A stretch of DNA of 64,000 nucleotides. Source: Pseudomonadota bacterium. GTDB lineage: Bacteria > Pseudomonadota > Gammaproteobacteria > Pseudomonadales > Moraxellaceae. A program made the translations under genes and the position numbers. The stretch lies in assembly GCA_038043385.1 (NCBI GenBank), contig JBBTCA010000001.1, positions 171,357 to 235,356 of the forward strand, written 5' to 3'. This document shows, piece by piece, positions 58,789-64,000 of this stretch. Positions within the stretch are counted from its first letter, which is position 1. Each line of letters starts with the position of its first letter. The notes beneath the pieces were generated by a model that was not told where the DNA came from, searched no databases, and worked only from the letters and a program-made list of their open reading frames with translations.

Positions 58789-59571
58789 ATGTCCGATGCT
58801 GCGCTGCGGCTGGGCATCTTTATCGCGGCATTTGCGCTGCTGGCCTGCGCGGAAAGCCTGTGGCCTCGCCGTAAGCAGCCCTTGCCGCGCGGTCAGCGCT
58901 GGCCCGGCCATTTGGCGCTGCAAGTGCTGAGTGTCTTGCTGCTCAGGGTAGTCTTTCCCGGAGCGGCCATCGGGCTGGCTATGCAGGTGGATGCGCTGGG
59001 CTGGGGCCTGTTCAATCTCTGGCCACTATCTGCCGGGATGACCGTGGTGCTGAGCTTGCTGCTGCTCGATCTCGGCATCTACGGCCAGCATGTTGCCAGC
59101 CATCGCTGGCCTTGGCTGTGGCGACTGCATCGGTTGCATCACAGCGATCGTCAGCTAGACCTGACCTCGGCGCTGCGCTTTCATCCGCTGGAAATTCTGT
59201 TGTCGATGGTGTGGAAGGGTTTGCTGATTACCGTCATTGGCGCGCCAGTGCTGGCGGTGCTGATCTTTGAGGTCATGCTCAATGCTTCGGCCCTGTTCAA
59301 TCATGCCAATCTGCGTCTGCCGCTCGCTCTGGATGCCGGGCTGCGCAAGTTTCTGGTCACGCCGGATATGCATCGTGTGCATCATTCGCGACGCGAGCAC
59401 GAGACGGACAGCAACTACGGCTTTTGCCTGCCCTGGTGGGATCGGCTGTTTGGTAGCTATTGTGCGCAGCCGGAAGCCGGCCATGACGGCATGCAGATCG
59501 GGTTACAGGAGTTTGGTGCGGTCAGCGAGTCACGGCTGCGTCAGATGTTGACGCAGCCGTTTCGCGATTAG
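58789..59571 (+). CDS. sterol desaturase/fatty acid hydroxylase family
   Basis: His boxes HVASH, HRLHH, RFHPLE, FNHAN, HRVHH, NYG. Confidence 0.88.
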   Translation: MSDAALRLGIFIAAFALLACAESLWPRRKQPLPRGQRWPGHLALQVLSVLLLRVVFPGAAIGLAMQVDALGWGLFNLWPLSAGMTVVLSLLLLDLGIYGQHVASHRWPWLWRLHRLHHSDRQLDLTSALRFHPLEILLSMVWKGLLITVIGAPVLAVLIFEVMLNASALFNHANLRLPLALDAGLRKFLVTPDMHRVHHSRREHETDSNYGFCLPWWDRLFGSYCAQPEAGHDGMQIGLQEFGAVSESRLRQMLTQPFRD

Positions 59572-59602
59572 AAGCGGCTCTTTCTTAAAAGCGGCTCTTT
59601 TC

Positions 59603-61432
59603 TCAGAAGCGGAACTTGCCAGCGATGATATCGGCGTAGACCTCATCGCAGACCGGCACATAGTTCGTAGTGCCCGGCAGCAGTACATACACGGCTTCAC
59701 CTGCGCACTGTGCCGGATCAAAGCCTTCCTTCTTCAGCCCGGCCTTCTGGTATTTGAAGGTGCCGGTGGTTTCCATGGCCGCTTTCACACGCAGGAACAC
59801 GGGCACGGCATAGGCCGGCAGCTCGCGCTTCAGGTGTTGATACAGCCCGTCAAAATCCGTCGTCATGCCGTCGTGCGGCGTGATGGCGGCCATGCCGGCG
59901 CGACCGTTGGTGTTGGGAATTTCCACGCCATAGACCACGGCCTCGGCGAGGTCGTGATGAGCCGTCATGATGTTTTCGACTTCGGTGGTCGAGACATTCT
60001 CGCCCTTCCAGCGGAAGGTATCGCCGGTGCGGTCAACGAACTGGGCGTGACGGAAGCCGATCTCGCGCATCAGGTCGCCGGTATTGAAGTACTTGTCGCC
60101 CTTGGTGAACACATCCGTAAAGATGCAGGAGCTGTTCTTGCCCTGATCGGTGTAGCCGTCGAACGGGGTTTTGTCGGTGATTTCGCCAATCAGCAGGCCG
60201 ATTTCGCCGCGCTTGACCTTGATCATGTTGCCTTTTTTGTCACGGACGGGCGCTTCGGCATCCTTGTCGTATTTCACCAGCGCGTAGGGCATGGGCGAGA
60301 AACCGACGGTGTTGTCGAAGTTGAAAATGTTGGTGAAGCCCACATTGCCTTCCGACGAGGCATACAGCTCGGCGACTTCTTCAATGCCGAAACGATTCTT
60401 GAAGCCGCCCCAGATGTTCGGGCGCAGGCCGTTGCCGACCATCTTGCGCACCTTGTGCTGGCGGTCTGCGGCGCTGGCCGGGCGTTCCAGCAGGTAGCGG
60501 CAAAGCTCGCCCACATAGCCGATGGCCGTGGCGTTGTACTTGCGTGCGTCATCCCAGAATTCGCTAGCAGAGAACTTGCGGCGCAGCGCGATGCCGGCGT
60601 TGCCAGCCAGCACCGAGCCCCAGCACACCACCATCGCGGTGGCGTGATAGAACGGCAGGGTGGCGTAGAGCACATCATCTTTGCCGAGGTTGAAGGTGAA
60701 GCCGAAGCCGCCGTAAGCCTTCATCCAGCGGCCATGATTGAACACGGCGGCTTTCGGCAGGCCGGTGGTGCCGGAGGTGTAGATGTAGAACAGGCCGTCC
60801 TTGCGGAAGGTGTGCTTGGTGGTCGGCGGGTTGTAGCTCGGGCAGCCCTGCAGCTCGATGGCCAGATTGGTCCATTCGGCGGGCGCGGTGCCGGGTTCGC
60901 TGCGCGTGTCGGCATCGGCCAGCCAGAAGCAGTGACGGGTTTCGACTTCCAGCGAATCCTGCACATCAATCAGGTTCTGTACGCACTCGGCGCCGGCGAT
61001 GATGCGCTTGGGCTTCACCAGATTGACGCTGTGCGTGAGCACCTTGCCGGTCTGCGCGGTATTCACCATGGCGCAGATCACGCCGATCTTGGCCAGGCCC
61101 GCGACGGTCGCCAGCAGTTCCGGGCGATTCTCAATGAGCACGATGACCACATCGCCTTTCTTCAGGCCCTGAGCCAAAAAGTAGTGAGCGATGCGATTGG
61201 CCCATTGGTTGAGCGCGGCGTAAGTGACCTTGCTGTCGCGATAGTAGACGGCCACGCCATGTGGGTTTTCCATCGTGGCTTTTTCCACAGCCCAGGCCAG
61301 ACCGACGGTTTCGGTGTTGTCGGTGCTGTTGGCCATCATCAGGCCGCGAATCATGCGCGGCGCTTTCAGTGCCAGTGCTGGAATTTTGCGCAGGAAATCG
61401 ATAGAGCTGATGACATCTTGATGCTGAGCCAT
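59603..61432 (-). CDS. long-chain acyl-CoA synthetase (FATP/VLACS type), second paralog
   Basis: YIYTSGTTGLPKA, YASSE, YFNTGDL, DRTGDTFRWKGENVST; GAGG RBS before MAQHQD. Confidence 0.92.
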   Translation of the reverse strand: MAQHQDVISSIDFLRKIPALALKAPRMIRGLMMANSTDNTETVGLAWAVEKATMENPHGVAVYYRDSKVTYAALNQWANRIAHYFLAQGLKKGDVVIVLIENRPELLATVAGLAKIGVICAMVNTAQTGKVLTHSVNLVKPKRIIAGAECVQNLIDVQDSLEVETRHCFWLADADTRSEPGTAPAEWTNLAIELQGCPSYNPPTTKHTFRKDGLFYIYTSGTTGLPKAAVFNHGRWMKAYGGFGFTFNLGKDDVLYATLPFYHATAMVVCWGSVLAGNAGIALRRKFSASEFWDDARKYNATAIGYVGELCRYLLERPASAADRQHKVRKMVGNGLRPNIWGGFKNRFGIEEVAELYASSEGNVGFTNIFNFDNTVGFSPMPYALVKYDKDAEAPVRDKKGNMIKVKRGEIGLLIGEITDKTPFDGYTDQGKNSSCIFTDVFTKGDKYFNTGDLMREIGFRHAQFVDRTGDTFRWKGENVSTTEVENIMTAHHDLAEAVVYGVEIPNTNGRAGMAAITPHDGMTTDFDGLYQHLKRELPAYAVPVFLRVKAAMETTGTFKYQKAGLKKEGFDPAQCAGEAVYVLLPGTTNYVPVCDEVYADIIAGKFRF

Positions 61433-61621
61433 GGGGGTGGTGTCCTCGGCAGGCGCGACGGGAGACTGGGCTGCACCGTGCGGAAGTAGAAAGGAAGCGT
61501 GTTTGCGCTCCACTGCGTGGCCGTAACTTAACCGCGTGTCTCAGGCTTGACAAGACTTGACAGGCAACTGACTACGCCGGATGTCAGCCCCTTCACGGTT
61601 CCGAAAAGGGGCTGTTCTGGC

Positions 61622-63142
61622 TTAGTTGGGCTTGCCGTAGAAAGTATAGCTACCTGTTCCGCTGACAATCCGGACATTCCAGCGATAGGTCGCCGATGCT
61701 GCCTTGTAGGAGATATCGATGAGATTGCCGGTGTTGCTGGTGTAGACCGCCGACCAGCGATTCTTGGCAAATTTCTCCAGCACTACCTTGCCCGTCATGC
61801 CAGACGGTGCGCGCAGCCAGCCTTGCAGGGTGCCGCCGGCAAAGCTGAAGCCCGTGCTGCTTGGCAGATACGCGGTCTGGCCGCTGCTGCCGGTTTGTGC
61901 ATAGCTCATGCAGCCGGTGCAGGGGGCCGAGGGGGGTACAGCACCGCTGGGCATCTGCAGGATGCGGTTCGGGCTGCCGGTGCCGGCATTGCCGATGCTG
62001 ACATTGGCGGCGTCGTTGATGAGCAGGGTGTGCAGCTGTGCTGCTGTGGCTCCCGGCGATGTGGCCAGATGATGCGCGATGACGCCGGCGGCATGCGGTG
62101 CTGCCATCGATGTGCCGGTGTAATAGCCGGCAGCGTTGTTGCTGCCGTTCAGTGCCGACAAAATCTGCTCGCCGGGAGCAAAGATATCCACACAAGTGCC
62201 GGTATTCGAGGTGCTGACCCGGCTGTCATTTTGAGTCACTGCAGCCAATGTCAGCGCTTCGCTGACCCGGCTTGGCGAGTAGTTGCAGGCGTCGGCGTTG
62301 TTATTGCCAGCCGCGACAACCACTTCAATGCCACTGCCGACGGCTTTGCGCACGGCTTCATCGAGCGTGGTGTTCGGGCTGGTACTGAGCGACAAGTTGG
62401 CCACGGCCGGGCGCTGCACATTGGCGAGCATCCAGTCCAGCCCGGAAATCACGCCCGAAACGGTGCCGGACTTGTTGCAGTCGAGTACGCGCACGGGATG
62501 CAGCGTGGCGGCCTTGGCCACGCCATAGGTGGTACCGGCGGCGATGCCGGCCACATGCGTGCCGTGGCCGTTGCAGTCTTCGGTATTGAGCGGATCAACC
62601 GTGCTGGAGCCGGTGCTGTTGGCGGCAAAGTTGCGGCCATTGCCCATGCGGCCGGCGAATTCGTTATGCGCGCTGCGAATGCCGGTGTCGAGCAGATAGA
62701 TATGCGTGCCGGCGGCACCGTTATCGGGTGCGGCGAAGGCTTGATTCAGCGGAAGTGCCGGCTGATCGATGCGATCCAGTCCCCAGGGCGGCGACACTTG
62801 TGTCAGGCTGCCGGTCACGAGCTGATCAGCTTCCACGCGCGTCACGCCGGGCAGTTGCTTCAAGCGTTCGGCAGCCGCTGGCGATAGCAAAATGGAAAAG
62901 CCGGTCAGTGCATGTTCGTAGACTTGGCCGATTTTGCCGCCACCGACGGTGCCGGCTAGCAGAGCAGCTACATCGGCTGTGCGTGTCAGACCGTAAATGT
63001 CATGAACTGCGTCCAGATCAATGCTGACCAGATACAGCTGTGGGCGGTGTTGCAGCGAAATAGTGGGGGTTTGTGCGGCAGCAATTCCCGGACTTAGGCA
63101 CAGCGCGCCCAGCAAAACAGTGGTGGTGACCACGGATTTCAT
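61622..63142 (-). CDS. secreted S8 subtilase (aqualysin/proteinase K-like) with I9 propeptide
   Basis: Signal peptide, [15 protein letters not shown] (Asp), [10 protein letters not shown] (His), [11 protein letters not shown] (Ser), small C-terminal domain. Confidence 0.93.
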   Translation of the reverse strand: MKSVVTTTVLLGALCLSPGIAAAQTPTISLQHRPQLYLVSIDLDAVHDIYGLTRTADVAALLAGTVGGGKIGQVYEHALTGFSILLSPAAAERLKQLPGVTRVEADQLVTGSLTQVSPPWGLDRIDQPALPLNQAFAAPDNGAAGTHIYLLDTGIRSAHNEFAGRMGNGRNFAANSTGSSTVDPLNTEDCNGHGTHVAGIAAGTTYGVAKAATLHPVRVLDCNKSGTVSGVISGLDWMLANVQRPAVANLSLSTSPNTTLDEAVRKAVGSGIEVVVAAGNNNADACNYSPSRVSEALTLAAVTQNDSRVSTSNTGTCVDIFAPGEQILSALNGSNNAAGYYTGTSMAAPHAAGVIAHHLATSPGATAAQLHTLLINDAANVSIGNAGTGSPNRILQMPSGAVPPSAPCTGCMSYAQTGSSGQTAYLPSSTGFSFAGGTLQGWLRAPSGMTGKVVLEKFAKNRWSAVYTSNTGNLIDISYKAASATYRWNVRIVSGTGSYTFYGKPN

Positions 63143-63241
63143 TCACAGCTCCTCATCAGCGATTCACGAAAGCAGCGGTCGGATACTGACACGCTGCTTG
63201 CGCGAAAACACGGATTGTTACTGGCTATTTGCCCAAAAAGC

Positions 63242-64000
63242 TCAGCGCTTTTTGCCAGGCAAAGTGCCGTTGAGCTTGCAGATGATGCCGAGCATGACCT
63301 CGTCGGCGCCGCCGCCGATAGAGGCAAGACGACCGTCGCGATAGGCGCGGGCAATCGGGTTGTCCCAGGTGAAGCCCTGGCCACCCCAGTACTGCAGACA
63401 GCTGTCGGTGACTTCGCGCATCAGGCGGCCGGCCTTGAGCTTGGCCATCGACGCCAGCATGGTCACGTTGTCGCCGGCGATGTGCTGTTCGCAGACCGAG
63501 TGCACGAGGCCGCGCAGGGCTTCGATCTCGGTCATCAGTTCGGCGAGGCGGAAGTGAACCACCTGCTGATCCAGCAGCGGCTTGCCGTAGATCATGCGCG
63601 AGCGGGCATAGTCCGTGGTCAGCTCAACGCACTTGGTCAGGCCGCCCAAGGCGCTGGCGGCACAGAAAATGCGCTCTTCCTGGAACTGCATCATCTGCAT
63701 CATGAAGCCCATGTTTTCGCCGCCGATGACATTGCTCTGCGGCACGCGCACATCATCAAAGAAGACCTGCGCGGTGTCCGAGCTGCGCTGGCCGAGCTTG
63801 TCGATGGGCTTGGAGAACGAGATGCCCGGCGTCTTCGACGGCACGATGATCAGCGACTTGTTGTTGTACGGGCCTTCGTCGCTGGTGTTAGCGAGCAGGC
63901 AGAAGAAATCGGCCTGCAAGCTGTTGGTGATCCACATCTTGGAGCCGTTGATGACATAGTCGTCGCCATCCTTGACGGCGCGGGTCTTGATCGCCGCCAC
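63242..64000 (-). CDS. acyl-CoA dehydrogenase (5'-truncated by window edge)
   Basis: INGSKMWITN, KLGQRSSDTA, QFQEER, CLQYWGG, IGGGADEVM. Confidence 0.92.
   Translation of the reverse strand: MAAIKTRAVKDGDDYVINGSKMWITNSLQADFFCLLANTSDEGPYNNKSLIIVPSKTPGISFSKPIDKLGQRSSDTAQVFFDDVRVPQSNVIGGENMGFMMQMMQFQEERIFCAASALGGLTKCVELTTDYARSRMIYGKPLLDQQVVHFRLAELMTEIEALRGLVHSVCEQHIAGDNVTMLASMAKLKAGRLMREVTDSCLQYWGGQGFTWDNPIARAYRDGRLASIGGGADEVMLGIICKLNGTLPGKKR

Noticed and set aside
59571-59612. Short AAGCGGCTCTTT duplication between convergent genes
   Set aside because: Two copies in a 30-bp gap; likely a local duplication with no functional signal.

Overview
A GC-rich gammaproteobacterial chromosome segment. 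Gene order (plsX-fabD-fabG-acpP-fabF-pabC-mltG-tmk-holB-tatD-TetR-etfBA) and the many lipid genes suggest a Pseudomonadales/Moraxellaceae-like fatty-acid or hydrocarbon specialist; this is inference, not a taxonomic call. Core content: fatty-acid synthesis cluster, ETF, desaturase/oxidoreductase pair, acyl-CoA synthetase + wax ester synthase, modE/modABC, kup, tRNA-Ser(GGA), katG, uvrB, an acyl-CoA dehydrogenase/kinase/SDR/phosphatase cluster, P450, thioesterases and a subtilase. Most notable: (1) a ~120-nt structured intergenic RNA with its own sigma70 promoter and terminator, converging on an unannotated, possibly RNase-like ORF (48.8-49.5 kb), a candidate RNA-protein toxin-antitoxin or defence module; (2) a ~4-kb integrase-less island at tRNA-Ser, bounded by a 13-bp att repeat, with an intact ABC-ATPase + RloB/TOPRIM pair followed by orphan or decayed antitoxin-like genes and a truncated zeta-like toxin; (3) an OprO/OprP-family porin divergent from modABC with its own ModE box, a candidate molybdate porin; (4) a DARS-like DnaA-box cluster with a perfect IHF site downstream of uvrB. 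No CRISPR array, rRNA or intact IS/integrase was seen. All family calls come from motifs read by eye; no searches were run.
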